Below are positions 12,891 to 26,159 of a stretch of DNA of 64,000 bases, piece after piece. Position 1 is the first letter of the stretch; each line of letters begins with the position of its first letter. The notes under the pieces were generated by a model. The model was given only the letters and a program-made list of their open reading frames with translations. It was not told the origin of the DNA and did no database searches. Origin of the DNA: Octopus vulgaris. Lineage: Eukaryota. The stretch spans positions 68,820,001 to 68,884,000 of the forward strand of contig OX597815.1 of NCBI GenBank assembly GCA_951406725.2, in the 5' to 3' direction. The position numbers were made by a program, and so were the translations under genes.

Positions 12891-13999
12891 GAGGCTCTTC
12901 AGCTACACACACACACACATATATATATAAAGACCCCCTTTGGACATGAATGATCATGGGATTGCACATAGAAAGTTCCCCTCCAAGACACAAGTTCAAG
13001 CAAGGTTGTTTATGGAAGACCAACAGTTGCCCATGCACACCAGCCTTCACTCTCCACGCCACCAATGTTATCCAAGGGAAAGGCAAAGGCCAAAACAATT
13101 TGGCACCAGTAACATCACAACTCATTTCTACAGCTGAGTGAACTGGAGCAACATGAAGTAAAGTGTCTTGCTCAAGAACACAACACACAGCCTGGTCTGG
13201 GAATCGAACTCATTACCTCATGAGGTGGTAAGCTGGTAGAATTGTTAGCATGCCAGGCAAAATGCTTAGCAGCATTTCGCTGTCTTTACATTCTGAGTTC
13301 AAATTTCACTGAAGCTGACTTCACCCTTCATCCTTTCTGGCTTCATAAAATAAGTACCAGTCATGTACTGGAGTCAATGTAATTAACTAGCCCCTCAAAA
13401 TGTTATGCATTGAGCCTTTTGTAGAAAGGATATATATATATAAATATACACATACACACACATATATACATGCACATATAGATTTATATTTATATACATA
13501 CACATGCTTATATTTAAGTACATATATATATCAACATATAGAGACAATATATGCACACACACACACACAAACATCCATCCATATACACACCTGTCTGTCT
13601 ATCTATATAATCTATTTCCTGAATACAGGCAACCACTTCCTGAAATATTTTCCTTTCTTTGATTCTGACCTATTCACTTCCAACCCGAAGAACCATTATA
13701 TCAGACAAGAAACAATAATAACAGTGGGGAGTTTAAAATAAAATGGTTTCATTGATTTGAAAATTTCGACTGGCTAAAAAGGCTTGCAGAGATTGCAACA
13801 AAGTCGCAATCAGATTCTATGGGAATGAATACCGATTAATTTAATACCAACTGGCAAATTTGAGAGGTACAGGAAATACCCACCCACACACACCAATATA
13901 AAAAAAAAAATCATAGTTGAATCGCATGCTGAATAGTGTATCAAATAGCAACACAATAAAATGCTAACTACAGGCAGCATGTGTCCTTGCAACTAGAGT

Positions 14000-15976
14000 G
14001 TGATGAAAGACGGAGTGCCAAGGAAAACACCTGAGGTCCTTTGGAATACCACTGAGAATTACGTCTAGCCTCAAGATCGTCTGGCAATTAGGAAGTTACA
14101 CTGAATGGTGAGCGGAAGACTGACACAAAAATACCAAAAATGTTCCTGTAACGGCTTCAAAAATGCGGACAAATTTATAATGGAACTGATTTCAGGTTTG
14201 CGACTATAAATATAATGTCTAAGAATTCCCAGTTGGTTGGACAAATATTTTCGTTCGTTCAGAGGAAAAAGTATGATAGCAACAAAGGTAGTGGAATATA
14301 TCAATAATGGAATGCATTAATAATAATAATTTTAAAAAAATGATGGAATTAGCAGAATGTATTCTTTGATAATGTTGTCTATTTTTTCATGTCGTGGTCG
14401 TTACTCACGACTAAAGGATTATGTTAATATATAAATCATTAAACTAAATACAAGATAATGTTCAGTTTATTAGTTAATTCCCAAGGAGGTACCACCACAC
14501 ATTGACACAACACACGCGTCTGTATGTGTATAAGATGTTTTGGAATGTATAATAATATACAAAGATTTTTACGTACACACACACACATCTTAGATAAACA
14601 TACATTATAGCATTGGCATTATAGAAAATCCAAAATTGCCTAATAACACATGATATGTGTTTGGTAAAAACTTAAGGAATGTATTATTTATTCCTCCTAC
14701 TGCAGTACAAACACAGTAAATAAATAAAGAGAAATTTATAATTCAAAGCACACACCGGGACATTAATATAAACAGCAAGTAAAGTGTTATATATATTTAT
14801 ATTGTATACAAACGGACACTGTGACATATTTTTATATGTATAGAGGTGAATAAGCGGAATAAAATTACAACCACACACACATACTGAAGAATGGTGTAGA
14901 TAAACATTATAAGAAAATAGGCTGTAAGAATGAAAAAAATATACATTTATAGATTTATAATTTTAAAATGAAAAGAAAGAAAAAGAGAAAAATTTAGAGC
15001 TTCACTCACATGCCAATAGAGAGGGAAAGATGAAATGAATGAGTGAGAGAAAAAAAACTGAAGAAGTTGAGATAAAAGATAAAAATTTATATGTATGTAT
15101 GTATAGAGAAAGAGAGGGAGAGAAAGAAAGAAAGAAGGAGAAATTGAAGTAAAATTTAATTAACTAGATCCAAAAGACAAGTCAACAACCCATAGCTGTC
15201 ATATTTTGGGTGTGTAATAAAATTTTTCTACTTTTTAGTCCGGGGTGGTCTCCGTTCAAAGAGAAAGTCGAATTTTTATATTATTCTGTTAACCTCCAGC
15301 AAAAGAGGACGACACCAAAATAAACTCTTTTATAACATATATAGATATAAATATATGCACTCGCACCCATATACATAACATACACATATTGTAATCTATG
15401 TTAGTGGGAACCAATTTAAAAGATCCGTCTGTTAATTTTGCACCGGGACCGGATCTTCCTCTTGACAGCAACTTGTGATTAGTTCTAAGAAAATTAGTTT
15501 TGTTGTCATCGTGATCGTGGTAGTGGTGGTTGTCGCTTAGACCAGCTTTTTTTGTTACCATCATTATTACCGGTACCAGCCGCCCTGGATACGCCGCCGA
15601 ACATGCCCTCCGATCGCCGTAGAGCTTCACTTCAGGTCCATTCTCAGCGGAGTGAGCCATGTACCCCGACTGACGGTGGCTGGGCAGGAGGAGGTGGACT
15701 GGGTGGACTCTGGAACAATCGTACTTCTCGCCAACGTACCCAGGTAAGATAAAACTTATATTGACTGTCTTACTTCTTGCGTCCCATTCTCTTTATCAAG
15801 GTTTTCGTCATTCATGACGACAAGCATTCGCTGTACAAGATGAAAATTTCACCTTCTTGTTTAATCTTCTTCATTATTTTATTTTATCCCTTTCCCGCCT
15901 ATGATATTGTCTTTTAGCTGAAATAAATAAAAAATGAAACTCTCTTCAATTATATAAATTTTTATATATTACCCCG

Positions 15977-16017
<41 letters not shown>

Positions 16018-17091
16018 CATACATACACACATACAAATACGTATGAGTGTGTTATATCTATCTGTAACTCATACATACTTTTGCAAGAATAAGTACACAC
16101 GCATATGTGTGCCATATATGTCATTGGTGTATACATGCATGTACACGTTTAAATCTACATGCATTAATACATACATGTATCCCGTGTGTGCTTGTACTTT
16201 AAAAAGGTGATAGAATCAATATCATTTTTATGGATTTAACGCTTATCAATATTTATAATGTACATCTTCGTTTATTTTTTCTTAAAAAGAAACTATAATT
16301 ATCTATTTAATGATTTCCCCTCCTAATTATATATACTACATATAACAAAATATAATATTTCATCAAAACGAATGGTAAAAGAATAAAATTATACAAGTCA
16401 AGAAATTCAAGAATTCTTCTGATATAAGCAAATAATGATTCTATTTATTCCATCCACCTGAATGTCCTTTAATGTAGTTTGGCAGAAATATAAATTTATG
16501 CTAAACTCAGGTAGTGACACTAAAATATTTATAACAACCCTTTGCTTCTCTTGTACTTTTACTTTCCCAATATTACCGGTTCCATTGTGTTTTTTATGTG
16601 AATTCTTCACATGAATACACATCATGTGTGTGTGTGTATGTATATATATATATGTGTATGTGATTATATAGGTCTGTATAGGTATATGTAGGTAAATATA
16701 TGTTTACGCACATATATATGTAGGTGTATGTGTCAGTATGCGCGCGCGCCTTCGTTTTACGTCCGTTTTTTCATGCCAGCATGAATACATTTGTGTATAT
16801 ATTTTTCCCGACTTAGAACATATCAGCCTGCATATTTATATATAGCTGTGTGTATAACTTGTACACGCTACTGCAATGCGAGACTAAACTTCCTATGTGT
16901 GCGTATATATCTGTCTTAATTGGATTACAATTATTATTCCGTACTATCTCCACTAACGTAGCTAATGCCCTTCAGAAACATGAATATTTAAATCTCGCAG
17001 CACTCACCTCTACCTCTCCTCCTTCCCGCATAAATCTGACGCTCCTGTAAATATACTGTCTATATCTCTCTGTGTTCCTATTTATTTTGTG

Positions 17092-17125
<34 letters not shown>

Positions 17126-17574
17126 CATCTATCTTCTATCTTTTCTTTTTTGACCTGCGGCCTTGCTCGGGCTCCTCTCTGTTTTTCAGCTTTGTTGTTG
17201 ATGATGGTAGATGTTGGAAGATGATCTATAATTGAATTTGTAGCAGCTGATCTTCCTGAATGTAACCTTGCATAGTTGACACAACACACACACACATACA
17301 ATGTGTATTTTAAATATCTGTACACATTTTGAAAGTTTCCATCATCACCCCTCCAAAACAAATAATTTTGGAATGAAAAAAATTACTCATTAAGATTTTA
17401 ATTAAAAGCTTGATAATTTCGCTTTGAAATTAAAGTGCCCTTGAGAATGGTATGGAGTTAAAAAAACATCGTTTCTACTTTTGAGAAATTATTGGTTTTA
17501 AAGACCCATTCAAGGAATTATTTTCGAAGCCATGCAAAGTGCGCGCGCGCGCATTTATATACACAAATACACAC

Positions 17575-17600
<26 letters not shown>
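14000..17600. promoter_or_regulatory. CpG-retaining, SINE-free region around the putative first exon
   Basis: Visibly more CG dinucleotides than the flanks (e.g. 15241, 15442-15450, 15571-15740, 16741-16765, 17157-17172, 17541-17552). No recognisable SINE over about 3.6 kb, in a window that otherwise has one every 1-2 kb. Confidence 0.45.
15603..15743 (+). CDS. Putative first coding exon of a host gene (47 aa, MPSDRRRASL...RQRTQ); rest of gene not identified
   Basis: ATG at 15603 with A at -3 and an upstream in-frame TAG at 15495. GC- and CpG-rich non-repetitive sequence. Ends in a strong phase-0 donor CAG|GTAAGA at 15743/15744, after which composition returns to AT-rich. Confidence 0.65.
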
Positions 17601-17605
<5 letters not shown>

Positions 17606-18020
17606 CGCACACAAAATATATATTACACATGGGTGCATATGTATGTGTGTCAATGTATGCGTGAGTGTATGTGTGACTATGAATTAAAAGGTACGTATGT
17701 GTATGTATATCATGCTGTTTTTTTTTCTCAGCAATGTAGAGGATAATGTATATATGTAAAATTGTGCGATTTTACATATTTTAATTCAGAATGAAACTAT
17801 ATACAATATTGATTTTTTTGGTGTATCTATGCAGAGATAAACATGTGTGTGTTATATTCTATGCTCTATTCTCAAAATCAGATTGAGGAGGGTAGACAGT
17901 GTCATGTCCATCATTGGGGACACACACACACACACACATATATATTTATATATATATCTGTATATATATATGTATTTATATATATGTAATAATGTAATAT
18001 ATATGTAATAATGTAATATC

Positions 18021-18053
<33 letters not shown>

Positions 18054-18104
18054 TATATATATATATATATGTATATATGTATATATATATATATGATATG
18101 AATA

Positions 18105-18331
18105 GTCTTTTATTTGTTTCAGTCATTTAACTGTGGCCATGTTGGAGCACCGCCTTTAGTCGAGCAAAATGACCCCAGGACTTATCCTTTGTAAGTCTGG
18201 TACTTAATCTATTGGTCTCTCTTGCCGAACTGCTAAGTTATGGAGATGTAAGCACATCAGCCATCGGTTGTGAAGCGATGTTGGTATGAGTGGGTGGAGA
18301 AACACACACAAAACATATACATACACATGCA

Positions 18332-18373
<42 letters not shown>

Positions 18374-18482
18374 GACAACGGGCGTCTTTCAGTTTCAGTC
18401 TACCAAGGTGCCACACAGTGGGAGTGAACCCAGAACCATGTAGTTGGTAAGCAAACTACTTACCACACAGCCACTCCTTTGC
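18105..18482 (-). mobile_element. tRNA-derived SINE family A copy
   Basis: Minus-strand head GTGGCTGTGTGGTAAG..GGTTCACTCCC and tail ..ATGACTGAAACAAATAAAAG. Same family as 26160-26540. Confidence 0.8.
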
Positions 18483-18483
18483 C

Positions 18484-18516
<33 letters not shown>

Positions 18517-18579
18517 ATATATTTTTATACGTATGTACATATGTATCCATGTATATGTATATATACATATGTATGCATG

Positions 18580-18609
<30 letters not shown>

Positions 18610-18621
<12 letters not shown>

Positions 18622-18790
18622 CATAAGTATGCATGTGTATATATATATATATGTATATATATACATAAGTATGCATGTGTATATATATATATGTATATAT
18701 ATACATAAGTATGCATGTGTATATATATATATATGTATATATATACATAAGTATGCATGTGTATATATATATATGTATATATATATACAC
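18610..18790. repeat. ~40-44-bp minisatellite built on (TA)n
   Basis: GTATATATATACATAAGTATGCATGTGTATATATAT repeated 4 times. Confidence 0.85.
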
Positions 18791-18828
18791 ACATGCATAT
18801 GTAAGCATGAATATAAATATACATTGAG

Positions 18829-19160
18829 ACCCCCTTCGGTCATGACTGACCGTGGGATTGCACCTAGAAAGTTACCCTCCCAGGCACAAGTCTGGGCAAG
18901 GTTGTTTATAGAAGACCAGCAGTCACCCATGCATATTGGCGTCCCCTCTGCACGCCACCAGTGTTATCTAAGGGAAAGGCAAAAGCAGATACAGCTTGGC
19001 ACCTGTGACATCTCAACTCATTTCTACAGCTGAGTGAACTGGAGCAACGTGAAATAAAGTGTCTTGCTCAAGAACACAACACGCAGCCCGGTCCGGGATT
19101 CGAACTCACAACCTCACGATCATAAGCTCGACTGTCTAACCACTGAGCCATGCACCTTCA
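18829..19160 (-). mobile_element. tRNA-derived SINE family C, full length
   Basis: Minus strand has an A box TGGCTCAGTGG, a B box GAGTTCGAATCC and core TTCTTGAGCAAGACACT..CTCCAGTTCACTCAGCTGTA. Other copies at 12931-13225(-), ~4620-4740(+) and ~63340-63480(+). Confidence 0.85.
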
Positions 19161-19198
19161 CAATATACATATATATACTTATATACATATGTATATAA

Positions 19199-19239
<41 letters not shown>

Positions 19240-19288
19240 TATATATATATATCATATATATATATATATGCATATATATATATATATA

Positions 19289-19333
<45 letters not shown>

Positions 19334-19595
19334 TATATATATATGTACATATGCATATATGCATGCATATAGGTGCATATATATATATATATATTATATA
19401 TATCTATATATATTATATATATCTGCATGTATATATGTATAATAATAATAATATATATATATATATATATATATCATGTATATCATCATCATCATCGTTT
19501 AACGTCCGTTTTCCGTGCTAGCACGAGTTGGACAGTTCGACTGGGGTCTTGGAAGCCAGGAGGCTGCACCAGGCTCTAGTCTGATCTGGCAGTGT

Positions 19596-19790
19596 TTAAA
19601 AGCAGCAGAAATATAACAAAAGCTGTTACTCAGAGAACGGGAATATGAAACTCTGAGTAACAGCTTTTGTTATATTTCTGCTGCTTTTAATACTCTACCT
19701 CTGGTATCTGGTATTTGAGTACTGTATTTTTCCACCTTGTTTCACATTTATGTGCTTACTCCGGTATATATAAATATATATATATATATA
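19596..19790. mobile_element. Short insert beginning with a perfect 40-bp inverted repeat (Penelope-like truncated end?)
   Basis: 19596-19635 is the exact reverse complement of 19651-19690, with a 15-nt spacer. It truncates a family-D SINE. The Penelope assignment is inference. Confidence 0.5.
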
Positions 19791-19995
19791 GTCGGTGGCA
19801 CATAAAAAACACCATCCGAGCGTGGTCGTCTGCTAGCCTCATCTGGCACCTGTGTCGGTGGCACATAAAAACACCATCCGAGTGTGGCCGTTCGCCAGCC
19901 TCGTCTGGCACCTGTGTCGGTGGCACATAAAAACACCATCCGAGCGTGGCCGTTCACCAGCCTCGTCTGGCACCTGTGTCGGTGGCACATAAAAT
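19791..19995 (+). repeat. 62-bp internal tandem repeat (3+ copies) within a family-D SINE
   Basis: GTCGGTGGCACATAAAAA at 19791, 19854, 19916 and 19978. Confidence 0.9.
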
Positions 19996-20176
19996 CACCC
20001 ACTACACTCTCGGAGTGGTTGGCGTTAGGAAAGGCATCCAGCTGTAGAAACACTGCCAGATCTGATTGGCCTGGTGCAGCCTTCGGGCTCCTCAGACCCC
20101 AGTTGAACCGTCCAACCCATGCTAGCATGGAAAGCGGACGTTAAATGATGATGATGATGATATATATATATATATA

Positions 20177-20560
20177 CTAGCAGTATCGCCCGGCGTTGCT
20201 CGGGTTTGTAAGGGAAATAACTATAAAGCATTTTTAGAGAGTTATAGCCAAAAAATAGCAAAAAAATGGAAAAAAAATGACGGTAAATTTTTTTTGAGAG
20301 TTAAAAGGGTCGAGTTGCATCCCCTAGACAGTCTGTGGTTTGTGTTTCTGATTCTCGACCCCATGTCGAATTTATCGATTTTTCTCAGAACTGAGGGAAC
20401 TTTTCAAAATTTTCGCTGCGTTAGTTTTGAATTATGACATTGGGCTACGTGTGTGTCAAGTTTCATCAGAATCGGTTGAAAGCCGTGGTCAGGGTGAGGG
20501 TACAACGTGACAGACACACAGACACACACAGAGACAAACTGCCGTTTATATATAGAGAGA
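20177..20560 (-). mobile_element. Non-autonomous mini-Helitron (384 bp)
   Basis: Minus strand reads A|TCTCTCTATATATAAACGG at the 5' end and has a 3' hairpin ACCCGAGCAACGCCGGGC then CTAG|T. Inserted in an A|T site inside (TA)n, with no TSD. Confidence 0.85.
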
Positions 20561-23149
20561 TATATATACACATACATACACATATACACATACAAATACA
20601 ATATACACACTCACTTGCACCTATCATATGAAGTTATGCATGAAACTTAAAGGTTTTGAGAGTCACTTTGTAACTTTTGTCTATTATATATATATATATG
20701 TAAGTTTCATGTTTTGTGTTCTCGTCATCCTTGTGCTGCAACACCCATCCCACGCATATATACATACATACTTTTATGTATAAATACATATACACTCTCT
20801 ATATCTGTGTGTGTGTGTGTGTGTGCAGCATTTTTTGTTTCTTCCACATGTAACAATAATATAATTTCAACTGAATATATGTCAATTCCAAAGATTTATG
20901 TGTGCTTATAATGTCACATGTGTGTGTAGATATGAGTATGTATGTGTGCATATTATGTTTGTGCACATTTGTGAGTATGAATGTGTACATATATCTGTAT
21001 GTGTGTGTATATATATGAGTTTGTATGTGCATAGCTGTCTATTCTTGTTTGTGTGTATGTGTGTGTGTGTATATATATTCGTGTATGTGTATTTATATCT
21101 GCATGTATATGTGTGTGCATGTAATAAATATATTCATATATGGATGGGGAAAGGAAATAGTTCAAATTATTCCCATAGCACTTTTCCGCCCACCCCCACC
21201 TAGTCTTTGGGTTCCTGTCATACATTCCAGAGTCTTCATCACAGTCCCTGTCTCAACATCCTTAATCCAATCTCCCCTTTATCCCCCCACACCTCTTCTT
21301 TTATCCCTTAGTTTTCTAAACACAATTGAATTCCTTGATAGACCAAAGGACCACACATTTTTCTTTGCCTTGATGTTCCTATCACTCTTTCTCCCAAACT
21401 AATGCATTGTTCTATGGCTGACTGTTTGGCCTGGTAGTTCTTTCATGTAATGACAAGAATTCTTCAAGAATGCTGACAATTTCATCCTATTTATTTATTT
21501 ATTCATTTTTTATGTTGAGTACATTCACATCTTAAGTGTTGTTCTTCATTGTATTAGCTTTTGTTACTTGCACTTTTGAAATGTTCTGTGTTCCACATCT
21601 AATGTATGCATATATTTTTATATGTATGTATGTACAATATACAAATATATATGTGCATGTGTGTGTATTTATGTATAAATGTTTGTGCATGCACCACACA
21701 CACACACACAAATAAGACGTTTAGCATATCTTTAATGACCAGTTACAGTTGTTTTGTTACCACTGTGTTTTTAACGCCATCGCAATGCAGAAGTTCCATT
21801 TGGCCCAGGACTATAGTGGAAAAGACAAGTGCCTTAGATAACACACAGTGGGACTGAACCTGGAATCGTACTATTGTGGAGTGAGTGTTTTGACCATACA
21901 TCATCCCTGCATCTATACAGCCATGCTTGTACCTATTTCATCATTATAATCATCATCATCATCATTGTTTTAACAATCCTTTTTCTGTGCTCGCAAGGTC
22001 AGATGGGATTTGTTGAAACTGATTTCCTACAGCTGGATGACTTTCCTGCTTATTTATATTTATTGTGTGATGCCAATACAAGGTGATACAGATACAAATA
22101 GATAATTGGAGCAGCCATAGCTCCAATTGATGCAGGTGTTGTTGTGTGGTTGAGAAGTTGACTTCACAACCACATGTTTTGGGTTCAGTCCTACTACATG
22201 ACACTTTGGGCAAGTGTCTTCCACAATAGCCATAGGCCAAACAAAGCCTTGTGAGTGGATTTGGTAGATGGAAACTGAAAAAAATCTGTTATCATATATA
22301 TATGCATGTATGTGTGTAAGGTGGTGTGCTGGCAGAATAGTTAGCACGCCAGGCAAAATGCTGAGTAGCATTTTGTCTGTCTATGTTCTTAGTTCAAATT
22401 CCACCAATGTTGATTTTACCTTTCATCCTTTTGGGGTTATAAAATAAGTACCAGTTGAACACTGGGTTTGATGTAATCGACTTAGCCACTCCCTGAATTT
22501 GCTAGCCTTGTGCCATAATTTGAAATATATATATATATATATATATATATACGTGTGTGTGTGTGATGGACTTTATGCTTCCGTCAGCCAAATTCACTTA
22601 CAAGACTTAGATTTTTTAATTTATTAGAAATTTATGAAATATCGTATGAAGTAGTATATATATTTATATCTCCTTCTATACAAATGACTGCAGAATAAAA
22701 ACAAAAGATCAAAAAGATCTCCTTGTCACCCCTTATATTTATTCACCTTATTTGAAATTCTGTTATACTCTTACAGTATTTTATTCTCAGGTGAATATAG
22801 TACTCAGTTCCTTCTGAGGAACTGAGTACCATATTTATAAGGAAGGAGACATTCATCAGTCTTGTTCCTTATAAATGGCATCACACAAATGTATGCTTGT
22901 TTAAACACAGAATTAGGATATTGTTTTTTTTTTATTGCCATTTATATTAAATGAATCAGGATGAGATGATCGGGCACAGCTGTTCGGATGCTGATGTTTT
23001 GGCATGGCTGACTGGACATTCAGCCTGTTTTGGTAACAGTGCTTTTCAGTATTGGAGGCAAACATGCTCATACATACATAATGCAGAAATACACTCATAC
23101 AAAGTGAGAGAGAGAGAGAAAATCATTTCAATTGATTGAATATGATTGA

Positions 23150-23330
23150 CATAAACACTTTCCCTCTCCTGATACACATGAAAAGAAATATGCTCACTGA
23201 CATTAACAGAGAGAGAGAGAGAGAGAGAGAGAAACATTAAAACATCTGATTTCAAATAAGTCAGTGTTGAATAAGTGATGCCAAATAAGTGCCACCAAAA
23301 TGGCTAGCCAAAATGTCTTATATCCTAAAT
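23150..23330 (+). repeat. Dispersed unclassified repeat, second copy at ~27362-27550
   Basis: Both copies share GATTGACATA..CCTCTCCTGATAC..ATATGCTCAC..(GA)n..CATTAAAACAT..CCAAAATGGCT. Confidence 0.7.
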
Positions 23331-23500
23331 GGAGAGAACATTAATTTCATTCATAGTGATGTTTGTGTCTTACTGTTGATCAGTTCCTTTAATAATATCA
23401 CCATTCATGCAGCAATTAATGGAATAAACATTTCTGGCCAAAGTGTCTCCTATGTATTCTTCAACCAAATAGACTCCTACATTGTATATATGTTTGTATA

Positions 23501-23540
<40 letters not shown>

Positions 23541-25665
23541 GAAGCTCCTCATTTTCTTAAGTTTAGTTGTTGTGTAGCCTTTAGTCAATTTTTGCCATAG
23601 CAGACTAAATGGCTCTGAAATCAGAAACAGAGCTCTTTGAAGCAGTTGATAGGTTCCAGGGCAGCAAATATCTCATGCGTCAGCTTTGGTTGGCACAACA
23701 CTGCATGTTCTGTCATGCAGGATTAGTGATGAGAGTCACTGTGTACTGCATCAATTTAAGATAATAGTGATTGCTCAGTGCTATGTAATTTATGTAATTC
23801 TTCAATGTTTGTGAATAGTCATAGTCTTCTTTATTAACAGAGGATGTTGAATGACTCTGTGTCAAGACTGGAGTGTTTAAAACATCAAATAAAATAGAGT
23901 ATTGTGCTGGCTGTATTAACAACTTGGAATTTCTTTCAACAAATGTCAGTCAAATAAACCAGAGATGTTATTAAAACTAACATAGAACTAATTTATTTTA
24001 AACTAATTAGGACTAATGTAGTCTTGCCTTATCCATGCAAACATGGTAAAGTTGATATCACAATGAAAATTATATACATAATTTTAATATATGTGTATGT
24101 GTGTGGGTATAAGTATCTTTTTATCTTTCACTTGTTTCAGTCATTAGACTGTGGCTATATTGGGGCATTACGTTGAAGAATTTTTAGTTGAAATGTATTG
24201 ACCCCAGTACTTTTTTTTTTAAAGCCTGGTACTTATTCTATCAATCTCTTTTGCTGAATCACTAAGTTACAGGGACATGAACACAAGTTGTCAAGTGGTG
24301 ATGGGGAACAAACACAGGCACAAAGACACACACGCACATGCACACACACACATGATGGGCTTCTTTCAGTTTCCATCTACCAAATCCACTCACAAGGCTT
24401 TGATTAGCCTGAGACAGCGCCCAAGGTGCCATGTAGTGTGACTGAACCTGGAATCATGTGGTTGGGAGTAAGCTTCTTACTACATAGCCATGCCTGCACC
24501 TGAAAAAAAAAACCATGTAAAAAAACAGTTGAACATTGAACTGAAGAATTATTTTTTCTGTCGAGTACATGTTTATTATAAATGTATATCAAAAGTAGAT
24601 TGGTGGCTGACTTTGCAGTTTTGGCTTACTTGTCTTTGTCAGACTATCAAGCCAGCAGGTCGAATCTTGGAAGTCTCTATCATCCCTCTCATTGTAAAAG
24701 TTTAACATTTATATATATATATATATATATGATAGCCACTTGATTCTATGAATCCATATATTACACTACAAATTTATATACTAGACTACCTATGACCTGT
24801 TGGGTCACTGGGAAACACTGAGTTTCCCAGCAATGGAGTTTTGTTTCGTGGGTTTTTTTTCTTTTCCAGGTTATTTCACGTGCTTTCAACAGCGAAATCA
24901 TGCGTAAACAGCTCCTTTCCCCTGAAAAGGAAAGATTTGGCTGCTATTTCTTACATGCCCTGCTACCACGCAACTGGTATTTTGGGTCCCTTATCGCAAA
25001 TAACTATTACATGGTAGGACATGCTAGAAATAGCACCCAAATCTTTGGAGGTGAGATATGTTGAATGCACTTGAAAAAACCTAGGGAACAAAAATTATTT
25101 CACACTGAAGTTACGAACGGGTCTTTTACGAAATATTCATCATACTTTTAAAGTCATTTTCATTTAAAAATAGTTTTGAAATATGTCAAAAGAAATTTTT
25201 GTTATAGTATTCACTTGAAAATAATTTAAAAAACATTAAAATGTTGTCTGTTTAAAGAAAGCTAAAATATAAATACTTACTGTACAAATAACTTACATTT
25301 TTGAAATCATATTCACTTATATTTCTAAATCATTAAAATATTGTGTTTGACATTTACTGTAAAAAAACAAATCATATTTTTCCGTTGTCAAATCAGTCTA
25401 ATTGAAAGGTTAGAGTTTTTTCCCTTTCAAGATGAAGTTATATTTGGAACATTTTCCCATTGTGCACCGTTTTGGGTATTTATATCCCCAAAACCTGAAT
25501 ATCTCAATAACTACTGTTCCAATTTACGTGAAATTTGTTTCATTCCATTTATTTTAACATTTCAGGGTAAACTTAATTCATAGGATTTTCCCATTATGTG
25601 CCAGTTTGGCCGAGTAACATTGCAAGCAAGCAAGCAAGATTCAAACTGACTTTTAATGTCTTATA

Positions 25666-25872
25666 GCTGAAAAGTTCCTGGCTTTAAGGGTATTGTTAAA
25701 GGCCTAGTTGGAGGCTCAACTTTCCAAGTTCTTTTGCAGGGTTTAAAAAAACTGAAGGACCGCTGCAATAAGTGTGTGAATCTGAGAGAGAATATGTTGA
25801 ATAAAATCATAATAACTGATCCTCTTGTATTTTCTTTTACCCAAAGCCAGGAACTTTTTAGTACCCCTTCAT
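25666..25872 (+). mobile_element. mariner-derived non-autonomous element
   Basis: TIR pair CTGAAAAGTTCCTGGCTTT / AAAGCCAGGAACTTTTTAG. Internal remnant reads like a mariner C-terminus (QGLKKLKDRCNKCVNL..EYVE*). Confidence 0.75.
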
Positions 25873-26159
25873 ATATCTATATAATCTTCATCATCATTTA
25901 ATGTCCATATATACACACACATACGATTTTCATTTTTACACATTCATAAAATGCGTACACAAATGCACACGCACAAACTATAATTTTAACTAGCTGATAA
26001 ATGCAGATTTGTGTATCTCTTGTTGAACTTTGAAAGGCCAAGAACAGTAATACATATATTTAAGAAATAGAAAATTGGGTTAACAAATATGATAATAGGC
26101 TTGACTTACAAACCTATTTTCTTTTCCCCTTGACTTCCTGACTAAAACTAAACATATAG

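Noticed and set aside
15289-15660. 123-aa minus-strand ORF overlapping the putative exon
   Set aside because: It runs into low-complexity TA/TG sequence. The + strand has the better ATG context and the splice donor.
19085-19160. tRNA-like sequence with A and B boxes
   Set aside because: It is the head of a multi-copy SINE (family C) and continues into SINE body, so it is not a tRNA gene. The same applies to family A and B heads.
19791-19995. Regularly spaced repeats resembling a CRISPR array
   Set aside because: The whole 62-bp unit repeats with no unique spacers, it lies inside a SINE, the context is eukaryotic and there are no cas genes.
23600-23930. Possible decayed LINE 3' coding remnant on the minus strand
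   Set aside because: Only a vague resemblance with many stops and no diagnostic motif.
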